In this document: positions 51,150 through 64,000 of the stretch, piece after piece | Position numbering within the stretch: position 1 is the first letter of the stretch | Layout of the letters: each line of letters begins with the position of its first letter | Source of the DNA: Hypanus sabinus | Lineage: Eukaryota | Reading direction: 5' to 3' | Assembly (NCBI RefSeq): GCF_030144855.1 | Contig: NC_082715.1 | Location: 144,832,001-144,896,000, forward strand | Length of the DNA: 64,000 bases | Made by a program: the position numbers and the translations under genes | Notes under the pieces: generated by a model | The model's database searches: none | What the model saw: the letters and a program-made list of their open reading frames with translations, nothing else | What the model was told of the DNA's origin: nothing

Positions 51150-52540
51150 ATCCACCGATCACGTGATGATACATAACATACCGATAAAACAGTCACATGT
51201 GGATAGGACATCTTTCCACCCGTAAGTTTTTAGGCGAAACCAGTTTGATAATATTCCACCGGTGTTCTGGTCCTTTCTGCTCGAGGCTCCGGATGCCGCA
51301 GAATCGAGTGTTGGTCCGGATTCAGTGCTTCAAGACTTCAAGGATGGAGCGAAAGTCTTCTTGGGTTGAATGCATGCCTTTGGAATCCAAGCGAAAACCC
51401 AGGTATTCCACATAATCTGCCAGAAGGATGCATTCCTTGCGATTTAGTCGCAGATCAATTTACATCAGTCGGGAGCAGGTTTGGTAAAGATTATTCAGAT
51501 ACTTTTCTAGGGTCGACTCAGTAATCAGAATATCATCTAAGTAAGTTATTATATTCGACAGGTCTTCAATGCAGGATTCGATGGTCCGTTGGAATATTGG
51601 TGGAGATGAATTTATGCCGAACGGGAGCTTCGCATACTCGAACAAGCCTTTATAGTTCGCAATAGTACTGAGGCTCTTAGACTACTCTGTCAGCTCGAGC
51701 TGTTGGTGTGCATGTGCAAGGTCATGTTTCCTGAATAATCTTCCGCCTCCTAGTGTTGCGTAGGTGTCGCCTGTCTTTGGAATCGGGTATGTCTTGGTTG
51801 GAAGGCATACTGTGACCTTGAAATCTCTACATATTCTTACACTCACATCACACTTGACCGCTGGCACAATAGGGATTGTCCAGTGTGAAAATCTTGCACG
51901 TTCAATTATCCCATTTTCTTCTAATCGCATAAGCCTCGCCTTAAGCTTGAAACGAAGCTTGCATGGCAGGAAACGTTTCTTGAAGAACTATGATTTGGCT
52001 ATGCCTGATTCTGGAAGACGTAAGTTTAATACCCCTGAGCTTACCTTCATCGCGATAGCTGAAAAGAAGTTCATACCGTTTGAGCTCTCGACCGACATGT
52101 CGCTTCTCATCTGATGCACACCTAGGACGGGCACCTTGTTGTAGCCAATCGCTCCCACGCAAGTTCACTTCTCCCTTAGCAATTTGCACTCACAGCTGGC
52201 GCGATTGATATTCATGCTGAAGAAGATTCCTGCCACAACCAACTGCTCCCTCTTCTAATTCTTCACTCTGTAATGGGATGGCGTAGGTGTCTTCAAAGAG
52301 TCACCTTTCATGTGATTTATAAAGAGTCAGGGACGAACGTCTACCCATGGTTTTGGATTGAATAGAGTAGAAACACATCCAGTATCAAGTTCAAAGGAAA
52401 TGGGCATCCCGTTAAGCTTTAAAATCACTCGTTCAGGGGAATTAGCCCTGGACCATCTGAGTGCATTACGAATGCCTCCTGCTCTGTAACTATCTCCTGT
52501 TCTGTCGTGGAACGTTTTCGTTTAAAGGTGGCTGAGATCG
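51150..52540 (-). mobile_element. Mag/K02A2.6-like Ty3/gypsy pol remnant (PR and RT)
   Basis: FELDTGC; PIVPAVKCDVSVRICRDFKVTV; LPFGINSSPPIFQR..YLDDILI. Confidence 0.88.
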
Positions 52541-52564
52541 GCAAACTCGGTGACCGATAGTTTG

Positions 52565-52885
52565 AGTTGTATCTATTTTAATCCAAGGAGTATTGTGAAT
52601 AAAGCGGATGGGCTTAGAGCGTGGATCAACACTTGGAGGTATGATGTTGTGGCCGTTAAAGAGACTTGGATGGTGCAGGGGGAGGAATGACTACTTCAAG
52701 TGTCAGGCTTTAGATGTTTCCGAAAGGACAGGGAGAGAGGCAAAGGAGGTGGGGGCATGGCACTGTTGATCAAAGATAGTGTCATGGCTGCAGAAAAGGA
52801 GGTAGTCATGGAGGGGGTGTCTACGGAGTCTCTGTTGGTGGAATTTAGGAATAGGAAGGTGTCAATAACTTCACTGGGTTAATAG
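52565..52885 (+). mobile_element. CR1 APE endonuclease fragment
   Basis: YFNPRSIVNKADGLRAW..ETW; FRKDRE..KGGGMALL. Confidence 0.9.
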
Positions 52886-53738
52886 TGTTACGATAGACCA
52901 CTAATGGATATATAATTGAGGCAGATGTATTTTTATAAACAATTAAAACATTTATTAAATACTGTTCAATAAAAATGAAAAGTAAACAAACGACTAACTT
53001 AACCGGAAGTTAACTGCTACACGGCAACTCGAACAGTTCTTAAAGTGGTAAATGCAGAAGTCCAAATGATTTACACAGTCAATTAGGAGAGACTTTTCTC
53101 AAGTAACGAATTCCTCGACGACGCGACGTTGCTGCTGATCCCTGTCGAAATATGCTTTGCCCGAAGGAATTGCAACAAAGGAAATAAAACGGCTTAAAGG
53201 CACTGAACTTTCCTTGGTGAATACCATCGCGTCCAGCTCTTTCTGCTTTCACAATGCAGGAGCTATCTCGGATGCAGGTTACTAATTCCTTGAACGAGGA
53301 TTAAATAAAGTCAATCCTGTTTTGCAGCTGACAACACCAACTTTTCTCGATCCTTTCCGCACTTCAATAAATTCTTCACTCTCCGACTGGACTAAAACTG
53401 GCAGTGGTTCTAAAAAACTGCCAGCACAACTTACAATAGAAAGTAAAACTCCACTTTAAAACAGAACTGCGTCATGAGACGAATATGCAGCATAACGCAG
53501 TCACTGACGAATTAAGTTACGATCTGACCTGCGTCACAGCAAGGTCTTCCCCTTTTATATCTGCTGAAACAAGCCATCACATTACCTCTCACTGACGGGA
53601 ACATTACATCATCTGACCACACATTGGCGGGAAATTACATCACCCCACCATCACAGGACCATTATATCGTTGCTCATCAGATACTTAATTACATCATGAT
53701 CATAAGACAGTCACAAGATACCCACAGGATATGTAACA
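52886..53738 (-). repeat. 3' LTR (853 bp) of a Gmr1-type element
   Basis: TGTTAC...GTAACA; PPT GGAGGGAGG adjacent on minus; aligns with 57313-58015. Confidence 0.93.
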
Positions 53739-56700
53739 CCTCCCTCCAACAAAAATGTTTGGTCTGTCATGAAAAAAATTTAACAATTCACTATTGACAA
53801 AAAAAAACAAATGTATAAAATTTACAACATACACAATATACATAGTAAACAGTATACAGCACTTTACAAATTACTACAGAGTAGGAGTGTTACAAATGTT
53901 AAAATATCATTCCATAAAAATTACACTGTACATTCAACATCTAGATAGACAATCAGCAATCACATTATCTTTGCGTTTAAAATGAGTTATCAAAATATTG
54001 CATTCCTGTAACATCAGACTTTTGTTGCTAAACTGGTGTCTGATTTATTTTCTTAACCATTTTCCTTAACCACGCCCAGACCTACAACAAAACCAAGGTA
54101 AGTCTCAGTGGCATGACCGAATTCACTTCTAGCTAGGTTAATAGTTATGTTCGCTTTTGAAAGCCTTTCAAATAGTCTCTCCACCGCAGTAGCATGTGCT
54201 TCCCCAGTATCATTTCCTGTAACTAAATCGTCAATAAAGGCATCTCCAACATCTATATCGGGTGAAGCTATTGTGGTTCTTCTAGGAACTTCTGGAAATA
54301 AATCCCTATATTTAAAAATTAACTGCTTCATCTGCTGCGTCTGCTCTGGCTGTAAATCAGCTAATCTCTCATCAAGATTTTCCAGAATGGTTGAGTTTGG
54401 GGGTAATCTGACAGAAACAATGTTGGGTTTAGAATGAGTTTCAAATGAATCAACCATTATCTTCCTAGTGAGATTAGACTCATTATTATTAACCACAACA
54501 GTCATAGTTGCAGACTGTTTCTCATAATAAGGTTTTATCATATTTATATGGCAAAGTTATATTGGCCTTCTTCGATATGGAATCTTTATCACATAATCAA
54601 CATCATTAATTTTAGACATAATTTCATAAGGACCATGAAATTTAGCTTGTAAAGGATTCGTTTGCACCGGGAAAAGAACCAGGACCTTATCTCCAGTCTT
54701 AAATATCCTCATCCTAGCTTCTTTATCATATCAGGTTTTCATTTTCTCCTGAGCCGATTTTAAATTTTCCCTGACTAAGCTGCAAGCTTTATGTAATCTG
54801 TCCTTAAATTTTAAAACATAATCCAGCAAATTAGTGTGTACTTCTTTATTGATTCATTGTTCTTTTAATAAGGCCAAAGGTCCTCTAACTCTATGCCCAA
54901 ATACACTTTGAAATGGAATAAAGCCTAATGAATCCTGTACCAACTCCCTTGCTGCAAATAGAAGTATATGCCCTCATCCCAATCACTTTCATTTTCGCAC
55001 AATACGTCCTAATCATAGTTTTGGGGGGTAGAATGAAACTTTGCAACCTTTCCAAGGCTCCTTGCAGTGGGGCCACTGGAGTAACTTGATTAGGTTTACC
55101 CAGAATTTGGCAAGTATGACACGTTCTGCAAAACGTCGCCACATTTTTTCTCAAATCAGGCCAGTAAAAATGTTTCAAAACCTTGTCCACAGTTTTCCAC
55201 ACCCCTTGATGTCCACCCAAGGACACACTATGGGCTAAAGTTAAAATCTCATTTCGATAAACTTTAGGAACAACTACCTGCAGAACAACCTTCCATTCAT
55301 CACTTGCAGGAATTGTAGGCAATCTCCACTTCCTCATTAATATTCCTTTCTCAAAATAATATCCGACTCGTACCTTATCAATTTCACTATCCGGAAGAGC
55401 TTGTTCCTTTAATTTGATAATCTCGGGGTCTCTACTCTGCTCTGCTATCATCTCCTTCCGAGAGAGAGAGAGAGACAAATCTTCAGGGTCAGATTTACTC
55501 CAAGAGTCTTGCTCAAACAATGAATGTAAGATAGTTTCTGACACATCCTCAAAATTCGAATCCCAAGTTGAACAGTCAAGGGTAACAACCTCATTCTGCA
55601 CATCAAGCTTTTTAGCCATAACTTGAGTTACAGCACAGGAGGGATCAATGTTAGAATCCATCTGTGATCCATCCGACTTTATTGTCAAATGCACTTTAAA
55701 TGCATCTGCCAAGTCATTGCCTAACAATAGAGAAACATCATTCACGGGTAAGCTAGGTTGAAGTCCTACTTTAACAAGCCCTATAACTAACCCTGACCTT
55801 AAATTTACTCTATGCAAATGTACAGGCATAAGGGCACTCCGAACAGCTCGTATATAGTTTACCTCACCAGTGTCAGACTCATCATTAAACTTTAACACAC
55901 TGTCATCATAGATTGAAAAGCTCTAGTTTCTCTAAAGATGTTTATTGTCACCGGAGTGGATCCCTCTTCCAAGGATACAAATCCTACGGTTATAAAATTG
56001 TTATATCCCCTCTTAACTTGGTCAGAGTCCAACAAAGCCTCATTTGTTGGATTTACAGGTGTTTCATTTGTGGATTTACACGTGTTTCAGTATATTGCAC
56101 ACAAGCATCTGGGACTGCTTTCTTTTCCTTCTTCTTCAATCAGAAACAGTTATTACATGATCAGGTTTCGTACAATAATTACAAATGGGACCAAACAGTC
56201 TTTCCTTCACAGATTTTCCTTCATCCTTACCTTTCATACTATCTTCGGATTTAATTTCTGGTTTACCTTGACACTGTGCAATTTTTTCCTTTTAGAAGTT
56301 CTGCCCTGAGGAAATTTATTCTTGTGGATTAAAGCAAACTCATCAGCTAATTTAGAAGATTCCTGCAGTGTAGCAGTGTCTCTCTCATTTAAGTATGTCC
56401 TTACTTCAATAGGGATGGTTATTTAAATTCCTCCATTAAAATCAGCTCTTTCAATTTATTACAGTCCCCATTTACATTTTTACAGGAAACACATCTCTCA
56501 AAACACACAGCTTTATCGTAGGCAAATTCCACATGTTTTTTCCACGAATTTCTTCAAATTCCTGAATCTTTCTCTGTATGCTCATACACCTTTAATATAT
56601 GCTGCTTCACAATATTATAATTAAGTGCTTCCTCAGCAGTTAAAGCTGTATAACCTTGTTGTGCTTTGCCTTTAACTATACTTTGTAATGGCACTGGCCA

Positions 56701-57312
56701 TTTCTCTTCCGGCCATTCTGAAGTCAGAGCAACAGTTTCAAAAGGTTGAAAGTATTTCTCTACTTCTGTTTCATTAAATAGAGGAACCAATTTAATTTCC
56801 TGACTAACAACAAACGTTCTTCTGGAAACAGAGGACTGATCACCAGACCTTAATTCCACCATCGCAAGTTCAAATTCCCTCTTTTTATTCTCAGCTTCTA
56901 ACCGACTTTGTTCCAAGGTAGCTTCCAATTGTTTCTGTTTTACCTCAGCTTCTATTGTAAGCTTTTCTAATGCTACCTGTTCCAGGTGTAACTGGATTGC
57001 TGCTTTACTTACAGGGAAAGTATCTAACACCGCTCATCAAAAACACCTGAATCTATATAGTGTATTGAGATTTTCCTCTGAAGTGCAGGCTTTGTTGTAA
57101 CCTTCGAAATACCTTTAAGTTCCAGTCTGCTAGCAATCTCATATACATCACTCTTTTTCGCCTTCAGAAAGTCGTCAATATTCATTGTTGCCGAATACTA
57201 CTCACAAACCAATCAAATAAAAGAATCGGGTATTCCCCTTTACCAAAACAGCCTGAAAATTGAACAAGCATTTAAGCACAAAAATGGATTCAGTGCCCAC
57301 GAACCCCCCAAT
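53739..57312 (-). mobile_element. Gmr1-type internal region (SCAN-related gag, IN before RT-RH), internally deleted
   Basis: gag EVEKYFQPFE..W..KW..LQS..KGKAQ; IN GGHQG..CRTCHTCQ upstream of RT FIDDL; RH end ADCLSRC*; tRNA-Pro-like PBS TGGGGGGTTCGT at ~57297-57311. Confidence 0.9.
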
Positions 57313-58015
57313 TGTGACGATACGGCAACAATGAATATATAATTGAGACAGGCTTCTTATAAACAAATAAAACATTCCTTAAACACTGTTCAATAAAAAT
57401 GAAATGTAAACAAACGACTAACTTAACCGGTTAACTGCTATACGGCAACTCCATCAGTTCTTAAAGTGGTAAATCCGAACATAGTTCTTAAAGTGGTAAA
57501 TGCAAAAGTCCAAATGATTTACACAGCCAATTAGGAGAGACTTTCCTTAAGTAACGTATTCCTCGACGACGTGATGTTACCACTGATCCCTGTAGAAATA
57601 TGCTTTGCCTGAAGGATTTACGACAAAGGTAGTAAAACAGTTTAAAGGCACTGACCTTTCTTTGGTGAATACCACTGCGTCCAGCTCTTTCTGCTTTCAC
57701 AATGCAGGAGCTACCTCGGATGCAGGTTACTAATTCATTGAACAAAGATTAAATAAGGTCAATACTGTTTTAATGTCGACAACACCAACTTTTCTCGATC
57801 CTTCAGGTTTCCGCACTTCAATAAATTCTTCACTCTCCGACTGGACTAAAACTGGCAGTGGTTTTAAAAACTGCCATCACAACTTACAAAAGAAAGTGAA
57901 ACTCCACTTTAAAACAAAACGGAGTCATGGGACGAATACACACCATAACGGAGTCACTGAGGAATTAAACAACGAACTGACCTGCATCACAGCAAGGCTT
58001 TCCTCTTCTGTACCT
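57313..58015 (-). repeat. 5' LTR of the same element, truncated on the right
   Basis: Colinear with 52886 onward; has an extra ~26 bp tandem duplication near 57455-57500. Confidence 0.9.
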
Positions 58016-58305
58016 GCTCCCCCCCCCCCCTTTCTTTCTCCTGAGGCCTCCCATCCCATGATCCTTTCCCTTCTACAGCTCGGTATCACTTTCGCCAATC
58101 CCCTTTCCAGCTCTTAGCTTCATCCCACCCCCTCCGGTCTTCTATCATTTCGCATTTCACCCTCCCCCCCACTACTTTCAAATCTCTTATTATCTTTCCT
58201 TTCGGTTAGTCCTGACGAAGGGTCTCGGACAGAAACGTCGACTGCGCTTCTCCCTATAGATGCTGCCTGGACTGCTGTGTTCCACCAGCAGTTTGTGTGT
58301 GTTGT
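58016..58305 (+). mobile_element. Penelope pLTR-derived element with hammerhead motif (58208-58243)
   Basis: AGUC CUGACGA AGGG UCUCGG ACA GAAA CG UC GACU; helix II is damaged. Confidence 0.8.
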
Positions 58306-59060
58306 AAGTTGGATAAGTCACCGGGACCAGAGGGAATGTACCCTAGGCTACTCTGGGAAGCGAGGGAGGAGCTAGCTGAACCTCTGGTAATGATCTTTGC
58401 ATCATCAATGAGGACGGGAGAGGTTCTGGAGGATTGGAGGGTTGCGGATGTTGTTCCTTTGTTCAAGAAAAGGAGTAGAGATAGCCAAGGAAATTATAGG
58501 CCAGTGAGTCTTACCTCAGTGGTTGAAAAGTTGATTGAGAACATCCTGAGAAGCAGGATTTGTGAACATTTGGAGAGGCATAATATGATTAGGAATAGTC
58601 AGCATGGCTTTGTCAAAGGCAGGTCGTGTTTTATGAGCCTACTTGAATTGATTGAGGCTGTGACTAAACACATTGACTAAACACCGAGGATGAGAGGTGA
58701 CCTGATAGAGGTGTACAAGATAATGAGAAGCATTGATTGTGTGGATAGCCAGAGGCTTTTCTACAGGGCTGAAATGGCTAGCATGAGAGGGCATAGTTTT
58801 AAGGTACTTGTAAGTAGATACAGAAGAGATGTCAGGGGTAAGTTTTTTTTTCCACAGAGAGCTATAAGTGCATGGAACGGACTGTCGGCGGCAGTGGTGA
58901 AGGCGGAAACGATAGTGTCTTTTAAGAGACTCCTGGATGGCTGCATGAAGCTTAGAAAAATAAACGGCTATGGGTAAAGTCTAGGTAGTTCTAATGTCGG
59001 GACCCGTTAGACACTGCTCTGTGGGCCAAAGGGCCTGTATTGTGCTGTAGTTTTTCTATG
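58306..59060 (+). mobile_element. CR1 LINE, internally deleted
   Basis: KSPGPEGMYPRLL..NYRPVSLTS joined at ~58685 to MRGDLIEVYKIM and the 3' end. Confidence 0.92.
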
Positions 59061-59069
59061 TTTCTACCT

Positions 59070-61430
59070 CTAAGCAAGCATGGCAGACGGAGTTTCCTGA
59101 ACCTGGCGTGAATAGATTTCCTGCCAATAGAGCCCGATGCCAGCAACGCAGCAAAAGCCTTAGTCTTCACAGACCACAACACCAAATATGCTCAGGCTTT
59201 TCCTACCAAAGACCAGAGGGCGCCTACGTCGGAAAAAGTGTTATGGGAGAAGTATTTCATTTACTATGGCCTTCCCAGATGGATACATAGTAATCAGCAA
59301 CGGGATTTCGAGAGCAAACTCAGAGTTACTGGGCATGTTTGGAGTCGAGAAGTCGAGGACTACACCCTTCCATCAGCAGGGTAATCCCTAGCCTGAAAAG
59401 TTTAATTGGATCTTGCCAGACATGTTTAGGACAATGGAGATCAGCAAGAAGTCCACAGCTACAACTGCACCCGAAATGAAGCTACCGGATACTCGCTGAT
59501 GTTAGTGTGCAAGGCGAAAATGCTCATTAACCTTTGTTTTGGGACTGACCAGGGCGACTTACCACCGAAGATTTATTTGTTGTATGTGCTTGACATGAGG
59601 AAAGAGCTGAAAAGGGCTTAGGAATTAGCTGGGGTCGTGGCTGCCAAGTAGAATCAAGGAAACAAGTGGAGATGTGAGCAAAAGGTGAGGTTCTCCTAAT
59701 CTGCCGGGAGACTGGGACTTCATAAGGAATTTGGGGCTAACTGGGAAACGTAAGTTGGCGGACCACTGGGCGACTAAGTCCTATGTGGTCGAGAGTCAAA
59801 TACCAAGCCTACCAGTTTTCCCGATGAAATAGAGGATGTGAATGGGCCTGTCAAGATTCTCCAACTGAACCACCTGCTGCCCCTGGGACAAAGGTGAAGA
59901 TAGGCTCAGGGCCCGACTTGGAGCTTATACCTAGTAAGAGGACACTGCACTAATGCGGGGTGACTGCAGGAGAGTTTAGACTGGCCCCCACCGCTGACAT
60001 GGATACTGATTTGGAGAATGAGGACTTGGATGTGTGGTATATGCTGCCTTTTGCTAACTCCCCATTGATTGAGGAAGAGACTTCCAGCCCTTCTTCCGCT
60101 CAGTCTGGTGAAATGGCGGAGGGCAGTGTCTATCTGTGGACAGCCTGAGTTGCAGCAGAACCCTGCAAGTGATGAAGCTGTCATAGTGGGGGCACTGGTG
60201 GCGGACCCAAATGTAAGACACAGACACTGAAGTACTGGGTACTGGGAACTCTAGTACTGGACTAGAGTTAGGGACGTGACTGGACGCAGACTAGGAACTG
60301 GGACAGGAACACAGACTAGGGCTAGTACTTTGGCTAGGCAAACGGGACCAGGGCAGGGAACTGGGAACGAGGAGCCTGGGTTAGGACTCCAAGCCAGAGA
60401 CTTTACAAGGACCCAGAATCTGGGACTTCACTCGGGCTCGGACCTTGGAAGTTAGGCAAGGACATGACGTGGCTACAGGACTGGACATGGCTTGAGTTCT
60501 TCGAGGCTTGGGTATGAGCTCCGAGTCAGAGACTGGGTAAGGACCCAGAAGCTGGGACTTGACTCGGGCTTGGACTCCAGGACTAGTCAAAGACATGATG
60601 GGGCTACAGGACTAGACGAGGCTTGGATTCTTTGAGGCTTTCCTGGGCAGGACGAGGCACTCCTGGGCTGGGCAATGCACAAGGACAGGACGAGGCCCCG
60701 AAGCCTTGACTTGGTCTTGGCAGAACAAGAACACAGAGACTTAGTCTTGGCAGAACAGCAACACAGGGACATGGAACACGGAGCCAGGACCCCTCCTTGG
60801 GAACTGGACGGTGCTGGGGCTCTACACCGTGTCAGCCCCCCTCCTAGCGAGCAGGATGTAGGGCCGGGACTCGTACATAGAATACAGAGAGATAGTTTTT
60901 TACGCAAGGTAGCAGTGAAAGGCCGGACCTACCTAGCGAAGGTGTGGACACAGAGACAGTTCCTTATCTAGACACAGCAAGGCTCCAGTCTTGCTCTAGT
61001 GGTAGAATTTGACAGCAATACAGGCGAGGACTCAGGCAAAGGCTTGAGGGGGGAGGGAAGAATCCAGCAATGAAGCTGAACCCGGGAGCTATATATGTAG
61101 CCAGCCCAAAATGAGAATCAGGTGCCTCAATTAGAGCACCCAATAGACAAGGGAAAACCGGAAAACCTGGAATAGGGAGCTATGGACCGGACTGTGAACT
61201 AGACGCCGACTTCAGGGACTTCATGACAGAAGTGGGGCTTGGGCACGAGACAGATAGGTCCGAGTTGCAGGTGGGCCCGAGTGATTGGTCGCCAGGTAGA
61301 CCAGAAGTATCCCCAGTAGTGTCTGAACCTGAAGAGTTAGGTGAGGGGATGCAGAGGTTGCTGAGAATTAGGAGATCACCGGAGAGCCTGGCCTATCTAG
61401 CACCAGGGCTGCCTTTCCCTAGATTAAGCC
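59070..61430 (+). mobile_element. Ty3/gypsy integrase and 3' remnant, split by a solo LTR
   Basis: LVFTDH.TKYAQAFPTKDQ..YGLP..KSRTTPFHQQGNP. Confidence 0.8.
60179..61228. repeat. Solo LTR or non-autonomous LTR element (1050 bp) with internal repeats
   Basis: Termini TGTCAT...ATGACA; flanks GAAGC and GAAGT (5 bp TSD, one mismatch). Confidence 0.8.
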
Positions 61431-61614
61431 GCTAGCCGAACGGGGAGTTACTCGTATTTAAAAATTAAAACAATAAACATACCGAAATCTATTTATTTCT
61501 TTAAAGGCATTATTGTTAAACGTGTTAATGCCCGATATCTCATCTTTCTCTCTCTCTCCATCTTCCTGTCATTTTGTTTCTCCTTAAGCAAGAGCCGATG
61601 GAAGCGACTGAAAT

Positions 61615-62110
61615 TCATTGCCACAGATGGCTGTTGAGGCTCAGTCTTTAGGCACATTCAAAGCAAAAGCTGCTAGTTTCATCATTAGCAAGGGTGCCAC
61701 GGTTAAGAGGAGAATGCAGGACAGTGGAGTTGAGAGGGATAATAAAACAGCCAGGATGGACTGGCTGAGTAGATTCGATGGGCCGAATGGCTTAATTCCG
61801 ATCATATGTCTTATGGTCTTATCAAAACCATCTTGCGTCAAGAAATTCTTACAATTGTTTCCAATTGAGAAGAAAATGCTGCTTTCGAGCCTAGTGTAAG
61901 TCCAATTCATGGGACTTAAAGCAAGCGAAGTTGCTCTTCGGGAATGCTACCAAAAGAGCAGTTGATTGAGATACGTGGACGCTGCCGGACTGAGTTATGG
62001 AGATACATTGTGCAGGCTACGAGTTTATACATTGTAGTGGAGGATAATGGGGTATGTGATTTATAGTGGTATATAACAACAGGAATGGTTTTGTCAATGT
62101 GAAAGGAAGA
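61615..62110 (+). mobile_element. Two tandem old CR1 3' remnants, similar to 45480-45985
   Basis: PQMAVEAQSLGTFK; the post-tail sequence is shared with the 45 kb copy. Confidence 0.7.
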
Positions 62111-62154
62111 GCTAGAGGCGATGGGTTAATCCTGGGAGACAGATATCGCAGTCT

Positions 62155-63640
62155 ATCCCTTTCATAAACTAATAAACCTCTAACAGATCTCCCCTCAACA
62201 ACCAGAGAAAGCAAAGCAATTTATTCATCCTCACATGACAGCCCATGCACTCTAAATCAGGCAGCATCCTGGTATACTTCTTCAGCACCCTCCCCAAAGC
62301 CTCAACATCCTTCCTACAGGACGGTAAGCAGTACTCAATATGGGACCTCATCAGAGTTTTAAAAATTTGCAACATAACGTCTTGACTTTTGAATTCAATA
62401 CCTCGACTAATAATAACAAATATTTTAACCACCATATCGACCTCTGTAGCTACTTTCATCCAGCTTGTTTGTACATGTTGATTTGACCACAGCATCAGCA
62501 GTGTACTTTGTGTTTAGCTACTTTCAAAAAGCTTTGAATTTGGATCCCAGGACCTCTCTACTGAGCAACACTGCTAAGCATCTTGCCCTTAGTAGTGTAC
62601 AGTTGCCTTGCATTTCCACAACCAAGGTGTAACACCGTACATTTATCTGGATTAAACTCCGCCTGCAATTTCTCTACCCGTATTGGCAAATAATCTATAG
62701 CGCAGTGTACCTTTGCCAGTGTTCTACACGATCCACAGCTCCACCGGTTCATTCGCACACTTACCAACCCGCCCATCTACATATGCACCCAGGTCATTTA
62801 TGTACATCACAAACAGCAGAGATCCCGCTACAACTCCCCGCGAAACACCGTAATTACAGCCTTCCAGCTCGAATATATCCCTTCAACCACTATCCACTAT
62901 CCTCGATGTGCAAGTCAGTTCTGAATCTAAATAGGCAATTAATCGTGGAAGCCATGCATCTTAAATATTAGTCTCCCACGAGAGACTTTGTCAAGCGCCT
63001 TGCTAAAATCTATGCAAACAACATTCACTGCCCTAACCTCATCAATCTCTCTCCTCACCTTGTCAAAAACGCTGTCAAGTTGATAATACACGACCTGCCC
63101 CACACGGAGCCATGTTGGCTCTTCCTAATTGGGCCATGGGTTTCCAAGTGCTCATGTGTCCTATCCCAAATGATTTTCTCCAGCAATTTCCCTACAACTG
63201 ACGTGAGAATCACTGGTCTATAGTTCCCCAGGATTTTCCCTCTTTCCATTCGTAAATTGATGCAACATTAGCCACTCCCCAGTCCTCCGGGACCTCGCCT
63301 CTGGCTAAAGAGACAGGAAGATGCTGGTCAATGCCCCAGCCATCTCGTATTTTGCCTTTTACCATAATCTGGGGTAAATCCCACCAGGTACTGGGGATTT
63401 ATTCACCTTAATAAACTTTCGGAAGCCCAACTCTTCCTCTCCATTGAACTCAGAACGCCCTAACATATTTATACACTCAGCACTGATATCCTGGTCCTCC
63501 ATATCGTCTCCCTTGGTAAATGCTGAAGGAAAATGCACTTTAAGTAATAGCAATAAACATTCTCCGTGACTTGGGCATTTAGGCATGTTTGCGCCAATGG
63601 CTTTTACAGTCTTCATAGAACTGAAGAAATTAGGAATCAT
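62155..63640 (-). mobile_element. Degenerate CR1 LINE (RT to C-terminus)
   Basis: KVNKSPVPGGIYPRL; NYRPVILTSVVGKLLEK; FNPDKC; LMRSHIEYC. Confidence 0.88.
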
Positions 63641-64000
63641 TACTGAGCCACCGGGACATCCTGTAGCCCGGCCAGTCGCGATTATTTTTCCCCAGATGAA
63701 ACGTTCTGATTACTGATCCCACCACCAACGCCGACAGCTAACTAGCAGGCCAAAGAGGATTCCGAACAGAGATCAGGTCCAGAGGTCAGATCATGAGGCG
63801 CAGTTTCTGGAAGGCTATGCCGGATCTCCAGATCCAGATGTTTTCTACCCCTCTCTGTAACAGTCAATTGAGACATTTGAAACAAGCGATTCAATTTGAT
63901 TCTAAACAGACAAATAATAGTAATAATAAAAGGAAACATTAAAGTGGGAAACTAATTTTATAATAAAACTATCTGAATGCACAAACACATGCCTTGGTTT

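Noticed and set aside
60380-60780. CRISPR-like array
   Set aside because: Imperfect tandem duplications within an LTR element, no unique spacers, and a vertebrate context.

Overview
Vertebrate non-coding DNA, most likely from a cartilaginous fish (ray or shark). This is inferred from the repeat families and from a C1 exon resembling elasmobranch lambda CL as I recall it. Most of the window is nested, decayed transposable elements: Tf1/sushi chromovirus LTR elements, Gmr1-type LTR elements (integrase before RT), Mag-like and other Ty3/gypsy remnants, many CR1 LINEs, an L1 split by a Hero-type RLE retrotransposon, Penelope fragments with minimal hammerhead motifs, two hAT transposase fossils, SINEs and microsatellites. 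Only two host-gene pieces are supportable. One is an open Ig V-type exon with a germline-encoded J-like G strand and no RSS (21254-21674, +). The other is a disabled Ig light-chain-like C1 exon (43075-43390, +). They share strand and intron phase, so they may form a non-rearranging VJ-C1 gene, which is the most interesting candidate here. The sushi elements also show clear sequence evidence of tRNA-independent self-priming. No searches were run, so family names come from motif recognition and many TE boundaries are approximate.
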